IMG/VR virus record: IMGVR_UViG_3300039366_000017 | DNA from: a virus | Length of the DNA stretch: 44,399 nucleotides | Strand: one strand, 5' to 3' | Shown here: positions 1-7,568 of the stretch, piece after piece | Numbering within the stretch: the first letter of the stretch is position 1 | How the letters are laid out: every line of letters begins with the position of its first letter | Program-made: the position numbers and the translations under genes | The notes under the pieces: model-generated | What the model saw: the letters and a program-made list of their open reading frames with translations, nothing else | What the model was told of the DNA's origin: nothing | Database searches by the model: none

Positions 1-77
1 CACAGCCTGTATAGCTAGAGCGAGACCCGTAGTTACCGTAGGCTCTCTTAAGCATGTTAGCCCACAGGTCATAAATT
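1..77. repeat. Assembly overlap: exact copy of 44323..44399 (circularly closed contig, unit length 44322 bp)
   Basis: First 77 nt read identically to the last 77 nt. A minus-strand ORF and an intron continue seamlessly across the junction. Confidence 0.9.
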
Positions 78-346
78 TTACGGATGATGCTGTTAGAACC
101 TCTTGCAGGGATTCTAATAGGAGACCCAAGGAACCCTACACCATAGACTGTAGGTTCCATAAAGTCTTCAAACTTGCCTGCCTTAATGTTGCCGGTCTGA
201 ACATCAATGACTGTACCAGTCTTGACAAACTGAATGACAGCCCTAGCATGCTTAATTTTACCGTTAGGAAGCTTATGCTTCTTAGTTCTAGACAGGATCT
301 TAATAAGACCCTTAGGAGTTTCGTAAGTTTTGTTAATTTCGTACAT
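1..346 (-). CDS. Intron-encoded homing-endonuclease-like protein, N-terminal part (191 aa in total; continues 44322..44093)
   Basis: ATG at 346 (MYEINKTYETPKG...) reads through position 1 into 44322 and stops at 44093. The C-terminal HLDKDIKKGYCKIYSRDHCKFVSAAEN resembles an HNH (beta-beta-alpha-Me) motif. The ORF lies entirely inside the intron, downstream of the ribozyme core. Confidence 0.6.
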   Translation of the reverse strand, partial: MYEINKTYETPKGLIKILSRTKKHKLPNGKIKHARAVIQFVKTGTVIDVQTGNIKAGKFEDFMEPTVYGVGFLGSPIRIPARGSNSIIRKIYDLWANMLKRAYGNYGSRSSYTGC

Positions 347-554
347 AGTTATGTTCCTTATTAGTTGACGATGCTTCATATCTCTATGAAGACCAGACTA
401 TATCTTATACCAAAAGGTATCCCCATTTTTCGAGCTACTTAGCCCTACATAATAGTCGTTACACCTGCAATACGCTCGGCTCGGTATTGTCTTTCCTAGT
501 TAGGACTGAGTTCCACCGAATTTAAGGGGTTTAAAGACGACATGGTTAAAGTTT

Positions 555-1034
555 ATCGTCTGCGCAGATAATATCAGCACGAGAGCCTGTCAACTGTCCT
601 CTAATACCTACGGATTTAACTGAAGGTGAATGGTCCGGTTTGGCTGGCCCGACGTCAAAAAGGTTCTGAGTATCTCTCTGACCTTCACGAGCCTTCAGGT
701 GATCCAAGAAAGGAAGCTCATTGATGATCTTCTTAATAAAGGTTGCATTAGCATCAGCTCTTTCCTTATTAGCTGAGACAATCATAATCTTGAGCTGAGG
801 GTTCTTCCATAGGCACCATACTACATAAGCACAAGTAATGAAACTCTTAGCTACCCCTCGGAACCCCATAAGAATGAATCTATCATTAGGGGGATGCTGT
901 AGTGTCTTAGCAATATCTACCTGAATAGGAGTAGTCTGTGGTAACCCAATAGTCTGCCACACTAAGCTGCAGAACAATGGAAAACTATTAAAGTATGGAA
1001 TCAATGCTTTAGTTGACAAGGCCATTAGCTCCAT
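555..1034 (-). CDS. Terminase large subunit (T7 gp19-like), exon 1 (ATPase N-terminal part)
   Basis: Walker A-like GFRGVAKSF and Walker B ...[11 protein letters not shown]. The listed ORF 546..1034 runs 3 codons into the intron before stopping. Confidence 0.85.
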
Positions 1035-1272
1035 AGTCTAACTCAAAGTTCTCTTTAGTAGCCTTAAGGAGAGAAGCTAATGCATTGTCTCCATCTTCAC
1101 CGGCTTTAGGGACACAATTGATGCCATTTCTCTGCAGCTCCTTGATAATCGCATTGTATAGCTGAGGGTTACGTTTCTCTGGGTCTTTAAGATCGTTCAG
1201 CATGTTCTCCAACATGTTGTCCTGAATCAAGCTCAGCAAGCTCTCTCTGTCTAATGGTTCTTTGTTCTTCAT
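1009..1272 (-). CDS. Terminase small subunit candidate (T7 gp18 position and size)
   Basis: 87-aa ORF immediately upstream of and overlapping the large terminase start. The call rests on synteny and size only. Confidence 0.5.
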   Translation of the reverse strand: MKNKEPLDRESLLSLIQDNMLENMLNDLKDPEKRNPQLYNAIIKELQRNGINCVPKAGEDGDNALASLLKATKENFELDYGANGLVN

Positions 1273-1498
1273 TGATTCTCACTCTCCTAGCAGCTAGGTA
1301 GGGGTCTACCCAGTACTTTTTTATCATTGTTATAATGCCTACTATAGTGTACACAATGGTACCTATGTAGACCCAATCACTTAGGGCTACCCCTAATACG
1401 GTAACCCCAGTGACAGCTATAGGGGGAGACATATTAATAATATCCTTTGCTATGGAGCCCCCATCCTCTACTGTAGATTCTACATCTAGGAATCTCAT
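1187..1498 (-). CDS. Holin-like small membrane protein (T7 gp17.5 position)
   Basis: Two hydrophobic stretches (IAVTGVTVLGVAL, WVYIGTIVYTIVGIITMI) followed by a charged tail. The start is coupled to the upstream stop by TAATG. The 3' end overlaps the next ORF by 86 nt, so the true end is uncertain. Confidence 0.4.
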   Translation of the reverse strand: MRFLDVESTVEDGGSIAKDIINMSPPIAVTGVTVLGVALSDWVYIGTIVYTIVGIITMIKKYWVDPYLAARRVRINEEQRTIRQRELAELDSGQHVGEHAERS

Positions 1499-1899
1499 TA
1501 GTTCACACCTAAGAGACTCATAAAGTCAGCTTTCTTAAAGTGTGCTCCTTTAAGTAACTTTCCATCAGCTCTATAGGTAGGACAAAGGTTGCCATTGTCA
1601 TCAACCATCTTGCTCATGAATTCCTCTGCAAGAGCCTTCATGCCTAACTCAAGAGGATACTTATGTTCAATAGCATACATGATGCAAACCCAGATAAGAT
1701 CACAGAGTTCTTTGAAGTCCTCTGGGCAATCTGAAGCTTCCTCTGCCCATTCTTCAAACTCCTCAAGGATGAGCTTAAGATAGAGCTTTCCGTTCGTCCC
1801 TGAAGGGTGAGCCTTGTCGAACAATACTTGCATAGTGTCCGCAAGACCCTCCGTTGAATATTCTAAAGACCCGCTGATTGCTTGAGCCGTGGTATTCAT
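1498..1899 (-). CDS. MazG-like all-alpha nucleotide pyrophosphohydrolase candidate
   Basis: 133 aa with an acidic EEFEEWAEE...ELCDLIW pattern typical of MazG-type NTP-PPases. AAGGA lies 6 nt upstream of the ATG at 1899. Confidence 0.5.
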   Translation of the reverse strand: MNTTAQAISGSLEYSTEGLADTMQVLFDKAHPSGTNGKLYLKLILEEFEEWAEEASDCPEDFKELCDLIWVCIMYAIEHKYPLELGMKALAEEFMSKMVDDNGNLCPTYRADGKLLKGAHFKKADFMSLLGVN

Positions 1900-2305
1900 G
1901 TTTTTCCTTTTTATCTAATTCAAATTTACCATCAATGAGAACATCAACATAATCCAAGATGGGTTCATCTTTGATATCCTCATAGGTACGTCCTGTCCAT
2001 AACCAGATTCTCTTAGTGTCCCCATAGACATCCCTCACACGCTTCAGGATTTGCTCTACAGCGTGTTTGTTATAGGGTTCTAAGGGGTCACCACCTAAGA
2101 TACTCAATCGTTCAATATAGGGCGATTTAAGAGCATCTAGGAGGGTGTCTAGAGTATCTTCAGTGAACTCTTGACCGTATTGGGGATCCTGAGCTTTCTT
2201 GTTGAAGCACCCTCGGCAGCATAAGGAGCATCCTGAGACAAACAGGTCTATCCCCATGCCATCCCCATTAGTCATACTACAGGTATCTATCTTAGCGTAG
2301 TTCAT
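1775..2305 (-). CDS. nrdG: Anaerobic ribonucleotide reductase activating enzyme (radical SAM)
   Basis: CSLCCRGC (CX3CX2C) cluster motif, GGDPL, and the C-terminal DGKF...GSSNQRV motif as in E. coli NrdG. It lies directly downstream of nrdD. Confidence 0.85.
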   Translation of the reverse strand: MNYAKIDTCSMTNGDGMGIDLFVSGCSLCCRGCFNKKAQDPQYGQEFTEDTLDTLLDALKSPYIERLSILGGDPLEPYNKHAVEQILKRVRDVYGDTKRIWLWTGRTYEDIKDEPILDYVDVLIDGKFELDKKEKHEYHGSSNQRVFRIFNGGSCGHYASIVRQGSPFRDERKALS

Positions 2306-2307
2306 CG

Positions 2308-3240
2308 TTACATTGATACTCTGTCTTTAATTTCAGCTAACTTAGCATCGTTCATACGAGTACTGCCATTAGCTTTGGTGTACCCCAAGTATCCGCAAAC
2401 ACGACTAATGACAGACAAGTTAGTAGATCCACAATGGGGACACTTATTCATGACATTAGTTGAATGCTCACCGCAGTCTTCACAATAGACACTATCAAAG
2501 TTAATACCCTGATAGAACCCTTTCTCCATACCTCGTAAGATCAGTGCCTTAAGTGCCTGAAGGTTCTCAGGGTTAGTCACACGGACATACTGAATGTGGC
2601 CTCCGTTGCACATATGGAACATCTTGTATTCAGCATCCTGTTTCTCAAAAGGGGTGATAGGTTCATTAACGTGCATATGGAAGCTGTTAGTGAAGTATTC
2701 TCCAAACTGATGGTCACCTGTGTAATCAGCATATTGTTTAGCTTGAACCCCACAAAGGTTCTCTGCAGGGGTACCATAGACAGCATAAAGGTATCCATCT
2801 TCTTTCTTGAACTGCTCTACCTTATCATTGATATGCTTAAGTACACCCTCAGCAAACCAAGGATCCTGATAGAGTGTCTTACCAGTAGCAAGGATATTAA
2901 GTTCATTGAGGGCAGTAACACCAAAGGATGCAGTCATGTAGTTGACCAAATCACCAATCTCATCGTCTGCCTTAAGGTTCCCCTTATAGAACCCTCCTTG
3001 CATGAATGCCATAGGATTGGTACAAGCTTTAGTGTGTCTGATGATATCATAGCGTTTCTTAAAGAAATTACGGATAGTCTCAAGTCGTACATCAAGGACA
3101 TTGAAGAAGTCTACGTTATTCTTTAGAGAGTAGGCCAAAATAAGAGGGAGATTAAGAGACACTGCCCCAATGTTGCATCGACCGTTAGTGATCCATTCAC
3201 CATTCTCGGGATCCTTCCACGGACTGAGGTAAGCTCTACA
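2308..3240 (-). CDS. nrdD: Anaerobic ribonucleoside-triphosphate reductase, exon 3
   Basis: Starts CRAYLSPW (completing PMG-CR). Contains the Zn ribbon CEDCG..CPHCGS and the glycyl-radical motif RVCGYLG. Confidence 0.85.
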   Translation of the reverse strand, partial: CRAYLSPWKDPENGEWITNGRCNIGAVSLNLPLILAYSLKNNVDFFNVLDVRLETIRNFFKKRYDIIRHTKACTNPMAFMQGGFYKGNLKADDEIGDLVNYMTASFGVTALNELNILATGKTLYQDPWFAEGVLKHINDKVEQFKKEDGYLYAVYGTPAENLCGVQAKQYADYTGDHQFGEYFTNSFHMHVNEPITPFEKQDAEYKMFHMCNGGHIQYVRVTNPENLQALKALILRGMEKGFYQGINFDSVYCEDCGEHSTNVMNKCPHCGSTNLSVISRVCGYLGYTKANGSTRMNDAKLAEIKDRVSM

Positions 3241-4032
3241 CATTATATTCATATAGGTTCGTTACTCCTATACCGTTTATTAAACTGCTCATAGTCACCT
3301 ATGAGATTAGACTATATCTTCTGAGGACTGAGCCTCAGTTCCGCTTTTCGATTCACTTGAATCTACACCCTTACATTCATCAGGGTTAGTCGTTGGGCAT
3401 TCACATCGAACAACACGAATCCCAAGCTCAGGCAGCTTTCCACTATAGAAGCGTAAGACTGTTTTAATACGCTCTACAGGAAGCCCTAAACTATGGGCAC
3501 ATTCAGTCATAGAATCAAAGTACACCTTAGGCTCTGTGGTAATATATACTGGCTGTTTCTTGAACTTAGTAGAAGGGTCTCTAACAGTTTCCCGATAGCC
3601 CTTCTTAATGTTCTCACTTTGGGTAACCCATCGCAGATTAGTGTACATGTTATTAGTCTTATCCCCATCGATATGGTCTACAACCAACCCTTCTTGCTTA
3701 CCTTTTACAAAAAGTGTAGCAACAATCTGATGAGTATACAAAGACTTACGCCGAATCTTACCATTAGCACTACTAAAGAGATCACAACGGGCATAGCCAT
3801 TGTTATTCATAGTCTGAGCTTTGATTCGATTATAGCGTTTAGAGAAGATTCTCCCCATGTTAGAGACACAATAAAGGTTCTCCCATTCAGGGACATCTTT
3901 CCAAATTTCTTGATTATTAGTGTTGTTCATATTATATACGTAGTTATACGTTCAATAAAAGTGTTTAGCAACGGATTTGCTTAATATAAGCTCTCCCCGT
4001 TTTAACGGAATTTTATATGGGCAGTATTACGC
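3241..4032 (-). mobile_element. Group I intron 2 of nrdD (792 nt) carrying an HNH endonuclease ORF
   Basis: Exon AUGGGU pairs with guide GCCCAU (U-G at the junction, exon ends at 4033). R-like GGTGTAGA and S-like AGATATAGTC lie at the 3' end. The intron ends ..ATAATG with G at 3241. Confidence 0.8.
3307..3930 (-). CDS. HNH homing endonuclease (NUMOD4-like N-terminus plus HNH_3-like core)
   Basis: WKDVPEWENLYCVSNMGRIFS and VVDHIDGDKTNNMYTNLRWVTQSEN. The last codons run into the intron S element. Confidence 0.85.
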   Translation of the reverse strand: MNNTNNQEIWKDVPEWENLYCVSNMGRIFSKRYNRIKAQTMNNNGYARCDLFSSANGKIRRKSLYTHQIVATLFVKGKQEGLVVDHIDGDKTNNMYTNLRWVTQSENIKKGYRETVRDPSTKFKKQPVYITTEPKVYFDSMTECAHSLGLPVERIKTVLRFYSGKLPELGIRVVRCECPTTNPDECKGVDSSESKSGTEAQSSEDIV

Positions 4033-4578
4033 ACCCATAGGAGTAACTACTTGCTTATTCTCCATGTACTGTTTGCCTACAGAACTGTGTGCCCAATCCC
4101 CAGTTAAACTGAGGAAATCAGGGTACATGCACTTACTGGAGCATTCAATAGCTAACTCAAAGACATCCGAAGCTTCAATAGACCCCCCTACGCAGTCTTC
4201 ATCATACAAGTAGACTAGCTTAGGGAACACTACAGGCTTATGGTTCTCCCCGTGGCCATTCATGCGGGTCTTAAGGATAGCCTCACAAACTGCCTTAAGA
4301 AAGAGCTTGTCTTTATTGGTTAACTCTGGGTCATTCCAACAGCCGAAGGACACTGTAGTAAACGCAAAGTCACCTCGTGAACAGGGGACGGTATTAAGTT
4401 TCAACTCAAGAGACTGAAAGCCTTGCTTAAGTTCATCCTGAAGAGTACGCCAAGCGTACACATGGAGCTGCACTTCAGTTGCCCCGGGGAAACTATTGCT
4501 CGCCTGCTTGTATGCCTTATTCCAAGTCTTATGACAGTATGGCAGAAGAACCATATCAATTTGGGAGATTGTAAAACC
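4033..4578 (-). CDS. nrdD: Anaerobic ribonucleoside-triphosphate reductase, exon 2
   Basis: In-frame extension upstream of the listed ORF gives GFTISQIDMVLLPY. It ends ...VVTPMG immediately before the catalytic Cys codon. Confidence 0.8.
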
Positions 4579-5350
4579 CAGCGGAATCTCCCTAAACCGC
4601 TCTGTGGACTATCTCTTAAGCATTACTGCTTGTGTGCGCTTCGACCGGTAACCACTTCCGGCCTACTCTACTCACCTTTCGGATTTCGATAGTCTCTACA
4701 CCTTCTGCAAGAGTCTTAGCGATAATCTCAGGGTGACTGTAGTAGTAATTCACAGTAATTCCCGCTGCTTTGCAGGCATCCTTGATACTACCATATGTGA
4801 TCCCCTGATACATGCATTTCTTAGCTACTCCCGGCTTCTTACCTTTCATTCCATCAGAGTTTTCAGACCAAGACAACCACCTAAGGTTCTCGACCCTGTT
4901 GTCCTGTCGGTTCCTGTTCATGTGATCTACACAATAACTAGGATCAGGCTTAGGACCAAGAAAGGTCTCTGCTACAACCTGATGAACCTTCTTGTAGATT
5001 CGCTTCTTGTTGATAGAGAAAAGGATTTCAAAGTAGCCATCTTTGTCTACCTTATACGAAAGCTTCTTAGGAGCTCTTGTATAGTCAATCCTCTTATCAG
5101 GAGTAGATTTAGCGGCCGGTTTCCTGAACGAGACTACCTCTCCATCTTTAGAGACAAAGTAGCCTTCATAGGGAGTAGAAAAATATTTATCGATTTGCAT
5201 GTATGAATACCTCTTGTAGCTTGGCACGGGATTCCTTTCGGTTCCCCGTTAGCTGAAATCATATTAACAATATGGGGGCGTATCCCCTAAATTTCAACAC
5301 CGCAAGTCATGCGTTCACACACTTTTAATTCGGCAGTTTCTATTGATCGC
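4579..5350 (-). mobile_element. Group I intron 1 of nrdD (772 nt) carrying an HNH endonuclease ORF
   Basis: Exon UUCGGU (ends at 5351) pairs with guide GCCGAA. R-like GGTGTAGAGACTAT and S-like TAAGAGATAGTCC are present. The terminal G is at 4579. Confidence 0.8.
4616..5227 (-). CDS. HNH homing endonuclease
   Basis: YCVDHMNRNRQDNRVENLRWLSWSEN motif. The C-terminal ~30 codons overlap the R/P8/S region of the intron core. Confidence 0.85.
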   Translation of the reverse strand: MPSYKRYSYMQIDKYFSTPYEGYFVSKDGEVVSFRKPAAKSTPDKRIDYTRAPKKLSYKVDKDGYFEILFSINKKRIYKKVHQVVAETFLGPKPDPSYCVDHMNRNRQDNRVENLRWLSWSENSDGMKGKKPGVAKKCMYQGITYGSIKDACKAAGITVNYYYSHPEIIAKTLAEGVETIEIRKVSRVGRKWLPVEAHTSSNA

Positions 5351-5995
5351 ACCGAACTGTTGAGCTGTAGCAACTAAGGTGATATCTCCAATTACCTGAA
5401 GTGCACTCAATACACTCGTAGGTTCCGTGTAGTCCACATTGGACATACTAAAGCCACCCCTAAGGACATTCCCAATATCAAACAGGCAGCAATTGACAGA
5501 ACCCATGAGCATATCTCGCATATCGTGAATGTAGATATCGCCACGCTTAGTTAACTCTTTTTCTTCCTTGCTAAGATAGAATTGTCGATAGAGCTCTTTT
5601 GTAAGGTATCCCTTAATGAGCGAGCCTTTTGTTGACACCAGAGAGCTATCGAAGTTAGCATTCTCTCTGTCCCCAAGTAGAAGCACGTTATCAGCTTCAT
5701 CTTTAACTTTCTCAAATGATTTAGCATAAGTATTCTTATAGTCTCTATATTCTTGATATGAATTCGCTACATCAGTCAACCCAAAGTACTTCAAGTAATG
5801 AATTACTTCCTTATGAAGGTCTTTAGTTGGGGCATCTCTATCAATAATTAAACAAGAGTGAACTTTCTCAACCAGTTTGTTAAGAACATCAGGCTCCACA
5901 TATTGATTCACTCTAGCAGCCGCCTTATAGACAGCTTCTTTGATCTTCTCTCCGTTCCAGCCTTCTACAGTACCGTCTTTCTTAATAATCTTCAT
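5351..5995 (-). CDS. nrdD: Anaerobic ribonucleoside-triphosphate reductase, exon 1 (ATP-cone and N-terminal part)
   Basis: MKIIKKDGTVEGWNGEKIKEAV is an ATP-cone-like start. It ends ..TAQQFG, and joined to exon 2 gives QQFG-GFT. Confidence 0.8.
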
Positions 5996-6017
5996 GTTCC
6001 ATAGTGTATTTAGTTAT

Positions 6018-6260
6018 TTAATTAGTGTTGCTCTTATCCGTGAACTGTGCCTTAGCAAACTGCTTTATGGCAGTAACTTCCTCAGAAGTAAGTTCACTAA
6101 TAATATTAGCATAAATCTTCTTCGTTACGTTGTTGTCTTCGCTATACACGATGACATCAAAGGTAACCGTAGTAATGTCGGGTTTCGCTGTAAAGAATGC
6201 CTTACGGTTCTCATACTCACAGGCACCTACATTGCCATCCCAATAAACTTGTATATTCAT
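6018..6260 (-). CDS. Hypothetical protein (80 aa)
   Basis: Minus-strand ORF in the gene-dense array. No recognisable motif. Confidence 0.55.
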   Translation of the reverse strand: MNIQVYWDGNVGACEYENRKAFFTAKPDITTVTFDVIVYSEDNNVTKKIYANIISELTSEEVTAIKQFAKAQFTDKSNTN

Positions 6261-6283
6261 TTACTTAGTCTGTTAGATAGACT

Positions 6284-6330
6284 CAGTAGTCCTACGTTAA
6301 TTACTGTGCGTAAATCCTTTAGGACTACTG
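6284..6330 (-). promoter_or_regulatory. Intergenic stem-loop (11-bp perfect stem CAGTAGTCCTA/TAGGACTACTG, ~25-nt loop)
   Basis: Inverted repeat read directly, between small ORF 6342..6479 and the ORF starting at 6260. There is no U tract, so an RNA-processing or terminator role is speculative. Confidence 0.35.
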
Positions 6331-6341
6331 AAACACCCGAA

Positions 6342-6479
6342 TTACTTGCTCTTCTCAATGCTAATGAGGTAGTACAAAGCCTTTAGGGAATCCTTATAGG
6401 CTCGGATGTCTCCCTCAGTATGGTAAGACTCCTTGTTACGCTTCTCAATAGCTTCAAGAAGTTTATGCTTAGCCATCAT
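6342..6479 (-). CDS. Small hypothetical protein (45 aa; below the ORF-track cutoff)
   Basis: Hand translation gives MMAKHKLLEAIEKRNKESYHTEGDIRAYKDSLKALYYLISIEKSK. GGAAG lies ~12 nt upstream, and the ORF fills an otherwise empty gap. Confidence 0.35.
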   Translation of the reverse strand: MMAKHKLLEAIEKRNKESYHTEGDIRAYKDSLKALYYLISIEKSK

Positions 6480-6504
6480 AAAAACATTATCTTCCCATTT
6501 AGCG

Positions 6505-6837
6505 TCAATCATCTTTGTATTTCTCCATAATATTAATTAGAGCCTCACCATCAGACTTATCGAATTTAAATCCAAGGTATTCCACAGTACCACTCTTATC
6601 GAATGCACTGTTAATGAATCCCTTAGCAACTTCAATGTCTACCTTGTTATTCTCATCGACGATACCCACCTGCTTGAGCATAGGCAGATACTTACCGATG
6701 AGGGTATCCGCCTGATGCAGAATCAAGAACGTACTCCCTCCAAGAATCCATTTCATCGTGGAGGGAGCACTAGGCATCAGTCGAGTATCAACAAACTCAG
6801 GGAGCACCTGAGAGATTTTACTCAAACTGATTTTCAT
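6505..6837 (-). CDS. Hypothetical protein (110 aa)
   Basis: Minus-strand ORF with no recognisable motif. Confidence 0.6.
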   Translation of the reverse strand: MKISLSKISQVLPEFVDTRLMPSAPSTMKWILGGSTFLILHQADTLIGKYLPMLKQVGIVDENNKVDIEVAKGFINSAFDKSGTVEYLGFKFDKSDGEALINIMEKYKDD

Positions 6838-6846
6838 AAGGAATTA

Positions 6847-7416
6847 TTATGCTCCAGTAGCAGGAGTATTCGTAGGAGCAGTCCACGAATTGTACTTAGC
6901 CATCGGAGTCGGGCAAATGGCACTCATAGGCACAATGGTATCCGTGATCTTACCAAGAGTACCCATCATGTTGGCAATGGTTCCATCAAGACAACCAAAC
7001 TTTGCCTGAGTAGTCAGAGCAAGTTCATTGACCTTGCCAAGAACAATCTGCTCACGCAACTCCTGCTTTTCACAGCAACACTTAAGCTCTGCCTGAAGCT
7101 TAGCGAGTTCCACACGGTTGTTCGCAGATTCATCAGCAAGAGGCTTAATGAAAGCAAAGGCTTCATCACGGAGCCTACGGTTGTCTGCAAGAGACTGTGC
7201 GTAGACTTCCTTGGCGTTCTTATCGGAGTAGTTCTCAGCCTTGAGCATACCGTTCTCAGCCTGAAGAGCAGACACTACGTTCTGATTGCCTCCACCGAAG
7301 AGGCCACCAAGGAGACCATTGCCGTTATTAGAGCTATTGAGAACACCGAGAGCAAGACCTGCGATACCAGTACCAAGACCCGCACCTGCAACACCCTTAG
7401 AAGCAAATTCAGCCAT
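6847..7416 (-). CDS. Hypothetical protein with a Gly-rich hydrophobic N-terminus and coiled-coil middle (189 aa)
   Basis: Start moved to the ATG at 7416 (MAEFASKGVAG...), which has AAAGGA 8 nt upstream. The listed N-terminal extension to 7500 covers intergenic hairpins. Confidence 0.6.
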   Translation of the reverse strand: MAEFASKGVAGAGLGTGIAGLALGVLNSSNNGNGLLGGLFGGGNQNVVSALQAENGMLKAENYSDKNAKEVYAQSLADNRRLRDEAFAFIKPLADESANNRVELAKLQAELKCCCEKQELREQIVLGKVNELALTTQAKFGCLDGTIANMMGTLGKITDTIVPMSAICPTPMAKYNSWTAPTNTPATGA

Positions 7417-7511
7417 AATTAAATCCTTTCTAGTATTTACTAGAGTTAGACGATAACTTAATACAAGAAGTGTTTGAACCAGAGTTATCCAAAGATTCAA
7501 CCACTAGGAAT

Positions 7512-7559
7512 CCTAGGGGAGTTACACCTAGGGATTGTATCTCTAGTTTCATCTAGAGA
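7512..7559 (-). terminator. Two adjacent hairpins downstream of the 7569..8831 gene
   Basis: TCTCTAG/CTAGAGA (7540..7546 with 7553..7559) and CCTAGG/CCTAGG (7512..7517 with 7527..7532). No U tract follows either, so terminator function is uncertain. Confidence 0.3.
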
Positions 7560-7568
7560 ATTGAAATC

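Larger units (their letters stand above)
1..554 (-). mobile_element. Group I intron 1 of the terminase large-subunit gene, 5' part (786 nt in total together with 44091..44322)
   Basis: Exon ends with U at 555. Exon GACGAU pairs with internal guide GUCGUC (541..536), giving a U-G wobble at the splice site. Classical P/Q/R/S-like elements are present: AAATTCGGTGGAAC (523..510), ATACCGAGCC (487..478), GGTGTAACGACTAT (465..452), TAAGATATAGTC (407..396). Confidence 0.8.

Noticed and set aside
1-77. The identical 77-nt ends could be read as the phage direct terminal repeat.
   Set aside because: The repeat lies in the middle of an endonuclease ORF inside an intron, and genes run continuously across it. 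A 77-nt exact overlap is typical of a k-mer assembly artefact of a circularised contig. True T7-type terminal repeats would be expected in the non-coding region around 41.5-42.5 kb.
7430-7443. The perfect palindrome CTAGTATTTACTAG just upstream of the SD of the 7416 gene, as an operator or terminator.
   Set aside because: A 6-bp stem with a 2-nt loop is too small for a stable RNA hairpin, and no second copy was found. It is noted only as a possible protein-binding palindrome.
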